IMG/VR virus record: IMGVR_UViG_3300018067_000117 | Coordinates: 1-44,971 of that record | Reading direction: 5' to 3' (one strand) | DNA: 44,971 nt | Origin: a virus | Taxonomy: Duplodnaviria; Caudoviricetes | Notes under the pieces: model-generated | The model's database searches: none | Seen by the model: the letters and a program-made list of their open reading frames with translations, nothing else | What the model was told of the DNA's origin: nothing | In this document: piece by piece, positions 1 to 8,818 of the stretch | Position numbering within the stretch: position 1 is the stretch's first letter | Layout of the letters: each line of letters begins with the position of its first letter | Translations under genes and position numbers: made by a program

Positions 1-231
1 GCAGTCTTCATGCTCCTCCAGCATGCGATCCCGGCCCCGGCCCACTTCCACCAGATCGAGCCGCTGCATGTCTTGGAGCATGTTATCCTTCACCTTGAAC
101 AGCCACTGGAAGTACCGCCGGTTGCAGCCACGAATCGACGTGAACGCCACCTGATCCAGCATCTGGTACAACTCGTCCGCCGAAATCTTCTCGGCCTGCA
201 ACACGCGCAGGACTTTGGTACTGATCTGCAT
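1..231 (-). CDS. Hypothetical phage protein (partial, runs off the left edge)
   Basis: Manual translation MQISTKVLRVLQAEKISADELYQMLDQVAFTSIRGCNRRYFQWLF...; ATG overlaps the TAA of the upstream gene (TAATG). Confidence 0.75.
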   Translation of the reverse strand, partial: MQISTKVLRVLQAEKISADELYQMLDQVAFTSIRGCNRRYFQWLFKVKDNMLQDMQRLDLVEVGRGRDRMLEEHEDC

Positions 232-497
232 TACCCTTTCTCCTTCGATGCCGACTCACCCACTCGTGAGATGCGGATCGACTTCGCCGCATGGAACGCC
301 AGCCGGTTACCGCCGACGCCCGCCTGCACCTTCACCCCCGGCAGAATCTCCACCGACTGGCCTTCGCTGATGATGATGTCATCGCCCCGATCCACCGTGA
401 CGATGACCACATTCGGATGGGCCAACGCTTTGACTTGCAGCGTGTGACCCCCGACATCAATTTTACTGCCAACACTCACTCCGATTGATAATGCCAC
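231..497 (-). CDS. CsrA/RsmA-like translational regulator (divergent, 88 aa)
   Basis: GTG start after GGAGG; beta-rich; N-term ALSIGVSVGSKIDVGG and C-term NRLAFHAAKSIRISR resemble CsrA LILTRRVGETLMIG and VRIGVNAPKEVSVHR. Confidence 0.55.
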   Translation of the reverse strand: MALSIGVSVGSKIDVGGHTLQVKALAHPNVVIVTVDRGDDIIISEGQSVEILPGVKVQAGVGGNRLAFHAAKSIRISRVGESASKEKG

Positions 498-499
498 GT

Positions 500-2467
500 T
501 TACACCTCCCCTAACAGTTGCAGTGCTTGTGACACCGATATCATCGACTTCGCTTCCGGCACATACGCGCCGATAGACAGGATGGACAGGCCCTCCGCCG
601 CCTTCCACGCCAGCACCCGCTTGATAGCCGGGTCCGCCACGTCCACGCCGTTCAGGACAATTTCCTTGTCCGAGAGGACGATGGACCGTAGGTCCGAGCC
701 CGGAGCAATCCGGCGGAACGTCGTGGCGTACTCCGCCTTCGCAATGACCGTCAGCCGGTCGAACAGCACATGCGTCTGCGGCAACGCCGCATGCAGAAGC
801 TGAAGCACCTTGCCCGTGTGGTCATGCGCCTTCAGGATGTTCAAGAACCGGTTCTCCCCTTCGGACGGTACCAGATCCAGATACAGCTTGCTCACATGCG
901 CCAGCGTTTCCACCACCTTGGTTGCCGCCGCCTGCGGATTCAGAATCTGGTCCCCCAGATAGAGCAGGGCTTCATCCATCGGGTAGGTCGGCACGTCGAA
1001 GATGACCGGTGTCACGTCGAGAGCTTCGCAGGCCATCCGGTTGAAGTCACGAATCAGCCCGTTGGGCTCCGGCTTGATGACCGGGACCGTCTCCGTCCAG
1101 ATGCGGCCCGTCTGCCCGTCGAGACTCAGCGTCTCCACGTCCTTGAACGACTCCACCGAGACACCCACGCCGACGATGCAGGCCCGGTTCATCGCCCGTG
1201 CGACGACTGCGGCATGGCTCGTAAGCCCACCCTTCATCGTCACGATGCCGACTGCCGCCTTCATGCCCGCCACGTCATCCGGTGTCGTCTCGTCTCGCAC
1301 GAGAATGCAGGGTTCCTTGCACTTGATTGCATCTTCCTTGGTGAAGACGGGCTTACCCGTCACCACGCCGCTGCAGGCCGAGATACCAAGATACGCGGGC
1401 TCCTTTTCAAACTTCGGGTCCAGTTGAACCTGCTGGGCTTCATCCAATTGCTTGATGGATACCCGCTTGACCGCTTCCTTCGCATCGATCAGCCCCTGCT
1501 TCACGAAATCCGTGGCGATCTTGATGGCCGCTTGAGGCGTCCGCTTGCCGCTACGAACCTGCAGGAGATATAACTGGCCGTCCTGCACCGTGAATTCGAT
1601 ATCCAACATCTCCCGCTTTTTGTTCTCCAGTTCGATGACCTGTTTCAACAGGGCATAGTGGAGACTGGGGTTCCACTCCTTCATCGCGTCCAGCGGGCTG
1701 GGCGTCACCGCGCCGGAGACGATATCCTCACCCTGAGCATTGACCGCAAACTCCCCGGTCACCGTCATGCCGCCGGTATCAGGGTTGCGCGTGAAGAGCA
1801 CGCCCGTGCCGCTCTGGTCATTCAGGTTGCCGAAGACCATGGCCTGCACCGTCACTGCCGTGCCCCACGAGCGGTCGTACCCGTTATCCTTGCGGTAGAA
1901 TTCCGCCCGCTCGTTGTCCCAGCTTTTGAAGACCGCTTCAATGGCGTTCAGTAGCTGGGTCTTGGCATCCGGAAATTCCACCCCGGTCTGCTCACGATAC
2001 GCATCGAGCGCAAACTTCAGATCCCCGTGGAACGACTCCTTCCGAAGACCGTTCACGACGGACCCATACATCTCCACGAGCCGCTTGAAACTGTCAGCGA
2101 AGCACTTCGGGCCGAGCTTCTGTGCCCAGAGCATGGCGTTGGCCTCTTCGATCCCCACGTTGAGGATCGTATCCATCATGCCGGGGCATGAGACACGGGC
2201 TCCAGACCGCACCGACAGCAACGGCAGATAGCCGAAGTGCTGCTCCAGCTTCTTCAGATACTCCGGTAGTGCCTTGGCAATCGCCTTCATGGTCGTCACG
2301 GGCTTCTTGTCGTACTCGGCCCAGACGGACGTGGGAATGACGAAGCCCGGAGGTACCGGCACGCCTTCGTTGGCGAGCCAGAGGAGCCCTGCGCCCTTGC
2401 CGCCCAACAATTCAGTTGAGCCTGCGACCTCACCCTTTTCGAATCCAAACGGGAAGAACTGCTGCAT
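500..2467 (-). CDS. Pyruvate,phosphate dikinase-like protein (ATP-grasp + phospho-His swivel domain; PEP/pyruvate barrel replaced)
   Basis: Motifs LLGGKGAGL, LSVRSGA, PGMMDTILN, VQAMVFGN, FTRNPDTG, DIEFTV, LQVRSGKR, GGLTSHAAVVAR; about 655 aa. Start ATG 2467 or GTG 2482. Confidence 0.9.
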   Translation of the reverse strand: MQQFFPFGFEKGEVAGSTELLGGKGAGLLWLANEGVPVPPGFVIPTSVWAEYDKKPVTTMKAIAKALPEYLKKLEQHFGYLPLLSVRSGARVSCPGMMDTILNVGIEEANAMLWAQKLGPKCFADSFKRLVEMYGSVVNGLRKESFHGDLKFALDAYREQTGVEFPDAKTQLLNAIEAVFKSWDNERAEFYRKDNGYDRSWGTAVTVQAMVFGNLNDQSGTGVLFTRNPDTGGMTVTGEFAVNAQGEDIVSGAVTPSPLDAMKEWNPSLHYALLKQVIELENKKREMLDIEFTVQDGQLYLLQVRSGKRTPQAAIKIATDFVKQGLIDAKEAVKRVSIKQLDEAQQVQLDPKFEKEPAYLGISACSGVVTGKPVFTKEDAIKCKEPCILVRDETTPDDVAGMKAAVGIVTMKGGLTSHAAVVARAMNRACIVGVGVSVESFKDVETLSLDGQTGRIWTETVPVIKPEPNGLIRDFNRMACEALDVTPVIFDVPTYPMDEALLYLGDQILNPQAAATKVVETLAHVSKLYLDLVPSEGENRFLNILKAHDHTGKVLQLLHAALPQTHVLFDRLTVIAKAEYATTFRRIAPGSDLRSIVLSDKEIVLNGVDVADPAIKRVLAWKAAEGLSILSIGAYVPEAKSMISVSQALQLLGEV

Positions 2468-2506
2468 GATGATGTGCCCCACTCCTTGGGAATTTCTGAC
2501 TTACCC

Positions 2507-2536
2507 AGTGTAGCGCACAAGCCATGCGTTTGTCAA
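2507..2536 (-). promoter_or_regulatory. sigma70-type promoter of the PPDK-like gene
   Basis: TTGACA-N18-TACACT. Confidence 0.75.
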
Positions 2537-2582
2537 CTTCTACCCGCTTGCTGGCGCTTGTCGTTCGTATGCCGACTTCACC

Positions 2583-2611
2583 ACGGTAGCACAGCCGAAT
2601 CCGTTTGTCAA
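2583..2611 (-). promoter_or_regulatory. Second, tandem sigma70-type promoter
   Basis: TTGACA-N17-TACCGT with TG extension. Confidence 0.6.
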
Positions 2612-2751
2612 GGGGTGGTCTTTTTGCCCTTCAGGATGTTGGCGTACTCCGGTTGCTTCACCGGGACTTCCGTCCAGATGAACCGGTCCCCACCCTCCGG
2701 CAGCTTCGGCGGTTCCGGCTTCTCGTCTTTTGTGAGAATTTTCAAGGCCAT
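2608..2751 (-). CDS. Small hypothetical protein (47 aa, not in the ORF track)
   Basis: MALKILTKDEKPEPPKLPEGGDRFIWTEVPVKQPEYANILKGKKTTP; ATG directly follows the upstream TGA. Confidence 0.6.
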   Translation of the reverse strand: MALKILTKDEKPEPPKLPEGGDRFIWTEVPVKQPEYANILKGKKTTP

Positions 2752-4101
2752 TCAGTGTGTTCTCCGGGGATCGCTGCTTCCCCCACCAATATACTCCAAG
2801 TAGACTTCAACAATCGGCACGTCCTTGAGCGTGGGGTCACCTGTCCGATAGGGCTCGCCGCGCTCGACGCGGACCACTCGGAACTGAGCACCGCTGCCAA
2901 GCAGGACTTCGCTCTCCGTCCGTCGTCCTTCTTTTCCAGCTTCTAGATCCTTCGCATCTACCGTGGGGGCCTGCGTGTAGTCGGTGACTTGCCACAACTC
3001 CGGATTCTTCTGCCAGAACAGGTCCGCCAGTTCTTTCGGTCCCATCGGTTCCGGATTCGGGATGCGGGGAAACTCGTGGCGGAGCCGTCGCACGCTCTCC
3101 ACGGACGCCACCTTCGTGCCCGCTGGGAGCACGATGTGGAACCGCACGGCAGACCCGACTTCGTCCTGATGTTCCACCAACACGCCAGAGTGCGAGCCGA
3201 ATCGGTGACCGATGCTTTCCCACTTCCCCAGTGCCGGATAGCTCTTGGCGCGTCCCCCAGCGTCTCCGACCATCGTGGAGGTCAGGCCCTTCTCTTCCCA
3301 GACCGTGCCGTCTTCGGCCATCGCCTGTAAGTCTTCTATCGACACACCGGGCAGATAGGCCCCCCGTTCCACCGTAATCGCTTCAGGTAACTCGTACCCA
3401 TGCACGCCAATGGCTTCGTCCAGCTTGTCTGCTGCCGCTTGCACTCGCGCCAGACGCTCCAGATCTGGGCCTGCCCGCTGGATGCTGAACATCATCGTCG
3501 GTCCACCTTCGACCGGACGGTAGTAGGCGTTGATGACGATGCGTCCGTCCTCTACCCGGTGATATGGATCGTCCGGATCGTAATCTTTCGCACCATGTTT
3601 CCCCATCGGATGCCCAAAGCGGGCAATAGTTTCAGGTGTCACTTCATCGCGGGGATCGACCGGGTAGCCGGTTTTATACTCGCCCTCTTTCACTTTGATG
3701 CTGGGCACCCATTCGTTCTTCTCCGGATCCCAGCCCACCCGTCGCATTTCCTCTGGCGTGGCTGGCCGCACGAAATGATCGACAATCGGCACCTTATAGG
3801 TGCCCCGTCGCAGATCGTTGACGTCGTGGTAGCCGAAGCCTGCATAGTCATCCAGCGCCTTGGCGTGCTCGTGCGGGAGGTTCTTCGCCCACTCCGCCAC
3901 TGGGCCTTGCTCGTGCCACTGGTAACCCTCTTCACTGGTGAACGTGCGCCCGCTCGTCTTCACCCACTGCCCACCCGTCGATGAGCCCTTTGGGCCACGG
4001 GGCTGATTGGGATCGTACTTCTTCGCTCTGGAGACGATGAAGAAATCCCCCGGCTTCATTTCGAAGCGATCCGCGTTGGGGTCTTTTGCAATTGAGTGCA
4101 T
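2752..4101 (-). CDS. VIP2/Alt-like (R-S-E clade) ADP-ribosyltransferase with N-terminal PRG tag
   Basis: ALDDY...VNDLRRG helix, ITVERG, GLTSTM, TESEVLLGSGAQFRVV; N-term KYDPNQPRGPKGSSTGGQW. Confidence 0.8.
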   Translation of the reverse strand: MHSIAKDPNADRFEMKPGDFFIVSRAKKYDPNQPRGPKGSSTGGQWVKTSGRTFTSEEGYQWHEQGPVAEWAKNLPHEHAKALDDYAGFGYHDVNDLRRGTYKVPIVDHFVRPATPEEMRRVGWDPEKNEWVPSIKVKEGEYKTGYPVDPRDEVTPETIARFGHPMGKHGAKDYDPDDPYHRVEDGRIVINAYYRPVEGGPTMMFSIQRAGPDLERLARVQAAADKLDEAIGVHGYELPEAITVERGAYLPGVSIEDLQAMAEDGTVWEEKGLTSTMVGDAGGRAKSYPALGKWESIGHRFGSHSGVLVEHQDEVGSAVRFHIVLPAGTKVASVESVRRLRHEFPRIPNPEPMGPKELADLFWQKNPELWQVTDYTQAPTVDAKDLEAGKEGRRTESEVLLGSGAQFRVVRVERGEPYRTGDPTLKDVPIVEVYLEYIGGGSSDPRRTH

Positions 4102-4334
4102 CAGTAGAGCTTTCCCGGTGGGGCCTGCTCATCGGTCTTCATCCACTCGCCGCCCCACACTTCCAGCACGTACAGGGCCTTACGAGCGTTCTCCGTGGGG
4201 GCATAATAGCCGTTGTTCGGGGGCTGCATCTCTGGCGTGTTCAGCACTCGCTCCAGTTCCCGATTATCTGGGACGGCCCACACCCCATTGTTGACGGTCG
4301 CCAGTTCCCCGGACCCCAATCGAATCGTAATCAC
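4101..4334 (-). CDS. Hypothetical protein
   Basis: 77-aa ORF translationally coupled at both ends. Confidence 0.7.
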   Translation of the reverse strand: MITIRLGSGELATVNNGVWAVPDNRELERVLNTPEMQPPNNGYYAPTENARKALYVLEVWGGEWMKTDEQAPPGKLY

Positions 4335-7018
4335 CGGTATTTCCCCTGCATAATGTCGAAAATCAAATTGAAGTGCTCGGGCCGCTCGCGGGCAAACGTG
4401 ATGGGGTCCGCCAGATACGACTCCACGCCTGTGGACACCATCTCCGTGGAGATGTCATGCGGATAGAGCTTGGCCGAGTACGGGTCTGGAAACTTGCCCC
4501 GCAACGCTTCCTCATCGTCTTCCAGCGCAGGGCTCACCGTCTTCAGCTTGTAGACCTCACGCGGCTTGTTCGCCAGTTGCTCTCGCACGTTAATGGCCGC
4601 TTGCCGTGCCGCGCTACTGTTCAATTCAATGTGGTGCGCCACTTCGTGATGCACCGTACGCTCCAAGTCTCGTCCCTCACCAATCGCAATCCCCGCAATG
4701 GTGGCGTGGGCTCGACGGGTAGCTGATTTTTCCAACTTCAATATGGCCGGAATAGCATACGTCCCGTCCGGGTTTTTGACGAACGGTCCCTCCGTGCCTC
4801 CGAAAATCTCACGGAGCTTGCCCATCTGGTCTTCCGGTATGTTGGTCGGTACGAACGCCCCGGACCCGTCGAACCGCCGGAACTGCTCCAGTGCTCGTCT
4901 CGCACCCGCTGCTACCCCCGGATGCAACGGATTCTTCGGATCGTCCGTGAATTCCAGCTTCGACCGCTCCGCTGGTGCTACCTTCAACAGTTCTCTCGCC
5001 TGTTGATTCAGCGCATGCCGCTTCTTCGACGCCACTTCGAACCGCTCGTGGAACACCTTCTCCAGTGCGTTCGCTCGCTGGTAGGACTCCAGCTTCTTCG
5101 CAGCGGCTCCGTCCGCCTTCAACGGCTTCTTCCGGCCCTTACTCAGATCCTCAGACCACGTTTTCCATGCGTCCGCCAACTCCACCCGCATCCGGTCAAG
5201 AATCACGCCCTCACGGTCAGATCGCTTGACCAGCGCCATGAAATCCCGACGCTTCTGCTCGTGCGGGGACCGATCCCCCCGTGTCTCGGAGAACTTCCCT
5301 TCGGCGTCTCGCGGGTGAAGAACCTCGTCCCATCGTAGCACTTTGACAAATGTTACGTCAACCTTGCGGGCTGTTCCTGACTGGAGAACCTTCACGGTCA
5401 TCGTGTTACCCGGACCCTTGCTCACCACTTCGAACCGAGTACCACGGGGAAGAATCACTTCCTCTTGATGATCGTACCCGTGTGCGCCCAGTTCTTCGTT
5501 CACGTCGATGTGACCCAACCCCTTAGGAGCCAACACAGTCAAAATCGAATGATTTTCCGCTCTATACGCCCCGATATCCAGACGAATGTCATCAATTTTT
5601 GATGAATTCTTCGTAGTAGACACGTAACCATCATCTTGATACACGTCCCCAACATTTAGACCGTCCATCACGTAATTCGGCACAGTCCTAGTCAAAGACG
5701 TATCTTCAGATAAGGTGTTATTCCGCATGTGAGCATCAAGCAACGCTACTTTGTCGCCCAATAGACTCTCAAGCTCCACCCCTTGATCCCATGTTTCCCC
5801 TTGGGCTCGATGTCGCTGACCCGTCCTTCGAAGCGTGTCGTTGAGATAACTCGCACCACCCTGCACATAATCAAAGATGGCGAAGTTGATATCGTGCCCC
5901 CGCTGGAGTCGGTCGTACTCCGCTTTATCGAAATCCTTCGGCGCACCTTCGATGATCTTTGTCCACTGGCCTTCGGCATCACGGGGCTGAGCAGGACTAT
6001 ACTTCAGGGCCAACCGGGTCAGGGCTTCAATCGCCGCGATTTGCTTGCGGCCCTTGAACGTCCACCGTCCGGACGGCTCCTGCGTCATGTACTGGGTGAT
6101 GTAGGGATAGGCGGCAGCGTCCGCTTGGTAGAACGCCAGTTGCAGCGTGACGAAGTCTGATGGGTTCATCCCCACCTTCTTCGCCTTCGCCGTCAGCTTC
6201 GCCGCAACGGAGACATCTGTCTCGTCACTCCAGCCTCGGAACAACGGCCCGATCAGGTCGTGGTTCAGTAGCTCCGTGGCCAGTGTGATATCCTTCTCGC
6301 TGAACCCCTCCTCACGAAGCACTTTTTGAAGGATGGGAATGGTGTGCTCGTGTTGATGCTCCTTGCCTTCGCCTTCCTCAATCGCTTCTGCCTTCCCGAT
6401 ATCGTGCAGAGCAATGGCCGACGCCATCAGCGTCTCAACATCACTCCCGAAACGGTCGGAGATACTCGCTAGGTCTTCACGGGATAGCTGCGTTTCCCAC
6501 TCCCGGCCTACGTCCGTGGTGTGGGACTCGATGCTGCCCATCTCGGTGTGTGTCGAGCGGGGATAGTGCTTCGCCGTGACCGGGTACTTGGCCTTGAACG
6601 CTGCGATCTGCCCGCCCACTTTCGCCCACTTGCCAGACGCATCACGGGGCTGAGTCGGATCAAACTTGACAATCCATTCTGGACGCACACCTCCAGCAAA
6701 ACGAGCCGTGCGGGAACCTTTGGGACTCTTGCGGCCCGGTGTCAGGGGCTTCTCAAAAAAGAACGCCGACTTCGGTGCCCGAATTTCCACCACCGTGGCT
6801 CCGGGTGTCGGCTCCGGATAGTCCAGTCCCTCCGCGAACCGCTGAGCCTCTTCACGGGATTCCGTGGCCCAGACCAGTCCCTCCTTACCGGGCTTCAGTC
6901 CCTCTCGATGGATGGCCTCCACGTCTCGCTCACGGGTGCCGTGGTACAGCGTGACGAACTGTCCTTTGACATCCCGTGGGTGCTGGGAAGCATCCCACTT
7001 CAAGAGAGCCGCAAACAT
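4331..7018 (-). CDS. Polyvalent protein: Tpt1/KptA-like ART + HD domain + VIP2-like ART + zincin metallopeptidase
   Basis: LYHGT...GLKP; ALHDIGK...H...NHD...QAD; LTRT...YVSTT...QEEVILPRGTRFEVV; HHEVAHHIE...E. Four PRD-x2-G-x-W/F repeats precede the domains. Probable start ATG 7018. Confidence 0.8.
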   Translation of the reverse strand: MFAALLKWDASQHPRDVKGQFVTLYHGTRERDVEAIHREGLKPGKEGLVWATESREEAQRFAEGLDYPEPTPGATVVEIRAPKSAFFFEKPLTPGRKSPKGSRTARFAGGVRPEWIVKFDPTQPRDASGKWAKVGGQIAAFKAKYPVTAKHYPRSTHTEMGSIESHTTDVGREWETQLSREDLASISDRFGSDVETLMASAIALHDIGKAEAIEEGEGKEHQHEHTIPILQKVLREEGFSEKDITLATELLNHDLIGPLFRGWSDETDVSVAAKLTAKAKKVGMNPSDFVTLQLAFYQADAAAYPYITQYMTQEPSGRWTFKGRKQIAAIEALTRLALKYSPAQPRDAEGQWTKIIEGAPKDFDKAEYDRLQRGHDINFAIFDYVQGGASYLNDTLRRTGQRHRAQGETWDQGVELESLLGDKVALLDAHMRNNTLSEDTSLTRTVPNYVMDGLNVGDVYQDDGYVSTTKNSSKIDDIRLDIGAYRAENHSILTVLAPKGLGHIDVNEELGAHGYDHQEEVILPRGTRFEVVSKGPGNTMTVKVLQSGTARKVDVTFVKVLRWDEVLHPRDAEGKFSETRGDRSPHEQKRRDFMALVKRSDREGVILDRMRVELADAWKTWSEDLSKGRKKPLKADGAAAKKLESYQRANALEKVFHERFEVASKKRHALNQQARELLKVAPAERSKLEFTDDPKNPLHPGVAAGARRALEQFRRFDGSGAFVPTNIPEDQMGKLREIFGGTEGPFVKNPDGTYAIPAILKLEKSATRRAHATIAGIAIGEGRDLERTVHHEVAHHIELNSSAARQAAINVREQLANKPREVYKLKTVSPALEDDEEALRGKFPDPYSAKLYPHDISTEMVSTGVESYLADPITFARERPEHFNLIFDIMQGKYR

Positions 7019-7019
7019 C

Positions 7020-7499
7020 CTAAGACTCTTGAATCCGCAACCAGAGTGTCGCTTTCGCAATCGTGGTCACGGACGCGACGTTGAAGCCAATCGAATCCCA
7101 CTGGGCCACCGCTGTCGTCCACGTCGAGACGCCCGCCGCACTCACGCCCTTAGCTTGGGCCGACGCCAGCGCAATCGGGGCTGACGCACTGATCTTGTGC
7201 GTGGCTGGCACCGGGACGACTGGGAGGGCTTGCGTCCCCGCGTGCTTGGACACCTCAACTGAAATGGACCCTGACACGTCGGCTTCAATACTCCAGCCGA
7301 TAATGGTCCCGGCGAAATCGACCTGTATGGAGCCTTTGAACCCGGTCGTAATAGCCGATGCGCCTCCATCCAGCGATAGACCCACATTGCGAATACTCGG
7401 CAGGGGAACATACCGGGCATCGGCTTCGGCCTGCGTGATGCCGCCGCCACCTGTGCTCTCGCCCGCTGGGGGAGGCAGTGTCAAGATTTGTCCACTCAT
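7020..7499 (-). CDS. Putative virion/fibre-associated beta-rich protein
   Basis: SD GAGGAG; N-term ILTLPPP...GGGG then QAEADARYV linker; Ala/Ser/Thr/Gly-rich. Confidence 0.6.
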   Translation of the reverse strand: MSGQILTLPPPAGESTGGGGITQAEADARYVPLPSIRNVGLSLDGGASAITTGFKGSIQVDFAGTIIGWSIEADVSGSISVEVSKHAGTQALPVVPVPATHKISASAPIALASAQAKGVSAAGVSTWTTAVAQWDSIGFNVASVTTIAKATLWLRIQES

Positions 7500-7507
7500 G
7501 GCACTCC

Positions 7508-7870
7508 TCAGAAAAAGCGAGCGGTGACGTTGACGGCATTCGTCAGGGTGACCATTCGCAGACGGGCGAACTTCGCCACCACGTTCGTCGCTTCGATGCG
7601 TCCCGCGAACGTGGGGTTCAGCCCCGTGTTCAACGTGGCCTTAGTCACGTAGTACCTGTCTTCGTTGGTGTCGGCCATTTGCAAATCCACGGCGAACGCA
7701 CCGGGGTTGGCGGCGAAAAGAATTTCTACCGATAGGCAATTCGGAAAATTCTCATGTCGTTGCAATCCCACGGCAAGACTGCTGGAGGATGCTGCCACGG
7801 ACTCATTGTTCCAGACCGCCGCTGGACGGCCAGCTTCCAAGGTTTGGGCGGTAGTACCGTAAGCAGGCAT
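7508..7870 (-). CDS. Putative virion adaptor protein, paralog A
   Basis: SD AAGGAG; clear paralog of 8819..9190 (SSSLAVGLQR.EN..NCLSVE.LFAANPGA). Confidence 0.75.
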   Translation of the reverse strand: MPAYGTTAQTLEAGRPAAVWNNESVAASSSSLAVGLQRHENFPNCLSVEILFAANPGAFAVDLQMADTNEDRYYVTKATLNTGLNPTFAGRIEATNVVAKFARLRMVTLTNAVNVTARFF

Positions 7871-7880
7871 AGCTACTCCT

Positions 7881-8084
7881 TCAAATCAAATGCGGCTTCT
7901 GCGTCATTTCAAACGACGCATTGATCTTGTCGATACCCATCGGCACAGTCTGTGCGCCCCGTAACCGGTGCTTCGGAAACCGTGCCCGCAGGATGTCCGC
8001 GTATCGTTTCTTCTTTTTCTGCTTCGGGGTCAGGCCAATCTCCGGAGCCGTGTCCGTCGCCGTGCGAATGAAGTGAGACATCAC
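7881..8084 (-). CDS. Small basic hypothetical protein
   Basis: 67 aa, KQKKKKRYADILRARF; fills the operon gap. Confidence 0.6.
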   Translation of the reverse strand: MMSHFIRTATDTAPEIGLTPKQKKKKRYADILRARFPKHRLRGAQTVPMGIDKINASFEMTQKPHLI

Positions 8085-8094
8085 CCTGCTCCCA

Positions 8095-8811
8095 TTACGA
8101 CTTCAGAAAAACCGCTGCGGTGACGCCGACGCTGTTATGCGGCCCGCCCGTCCACGTCCACGTCGGATTAATCGTCGCGGCGACGGACTGAACCTGCCAC
8201 CCGAATGACGACTGCATCGCAAGGCCGGGAACCCATGTCAACTGCGTGAACGTAAATCCGGGGGGTGCGACACTATCCGTGGCCTCGTTGTGCGCTGCGA
8301 GTCCCGTAACGATCAGCGCCCCATCGACGGGTGGCGTGACCGGGCCACAGGCGAGGCCAGAGGTCGTGCCGTTATTGCCGCTCTGACTGTGGTAGCTGCC
8401 AACACCCGAATAGGCATAGACATGAAACGCTGGGTAGATGGCACTGGCGGCGACCGTAAAGGTATGCCCGATCCCGACAACCGGGTTGAAACAGTAGTAG
8501 AACTGTTGCCGCGAGTTGGAGAGGTACGAGGCAGCGGTCAACGGAATCCAGACGTTGCCTTTGCTATCGCTGATTGCGGGAAGCGTGGTGCTGTAACACG
8601 ACACACTCATGAGGAGCAGACTCGCTCCGGTCGTATTGATCGGGGCGCTCGTGCCGCCGTTGATCGTGGGGCCTGACGTCGTAACAGAGGACACAAGGGC
8701 AATCGACGTGGCACCTCCGCCACCTTCGCTCACACATTTCCCCGGCACGGACAACACCGGTCCCGTCTGTTCAAAGGCGGTACAGGGGGGCGGAATGGTT
8801 AAGACAGTCAT
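8095..8811 (-). CDS. Putative virion/fibre beta-sandwich protein
   Basis: Ser/Thr/Gly-rich, ISDSKGNVW motif common in phage structural and receptor-binding proteins. Confidence 0.65.
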   Translation of the reverse strand: MTVLTIPPPCTAFEQTGPVLSVPGKCVSEGGGGATSIALVSSVTTSGPTINGGTSAPINTTGASLLLMSVSCYSTTLPAISDSKGNVWIPLTAASYLSNSRQQFYYCFNPVVGIGHTFTVAASAIYPAFHVYAYSGVGSYHSQSGNNGTTSGLACGPVTPPVDGALIVTGLAAHNEATDSVAPPGFTFTQLTWVPGLAMQSSFGWQVQSVAATINPTWTWTGGPHNSVGVTAAVFLKS

Positions 8812-8818
8812 AGCGGCC

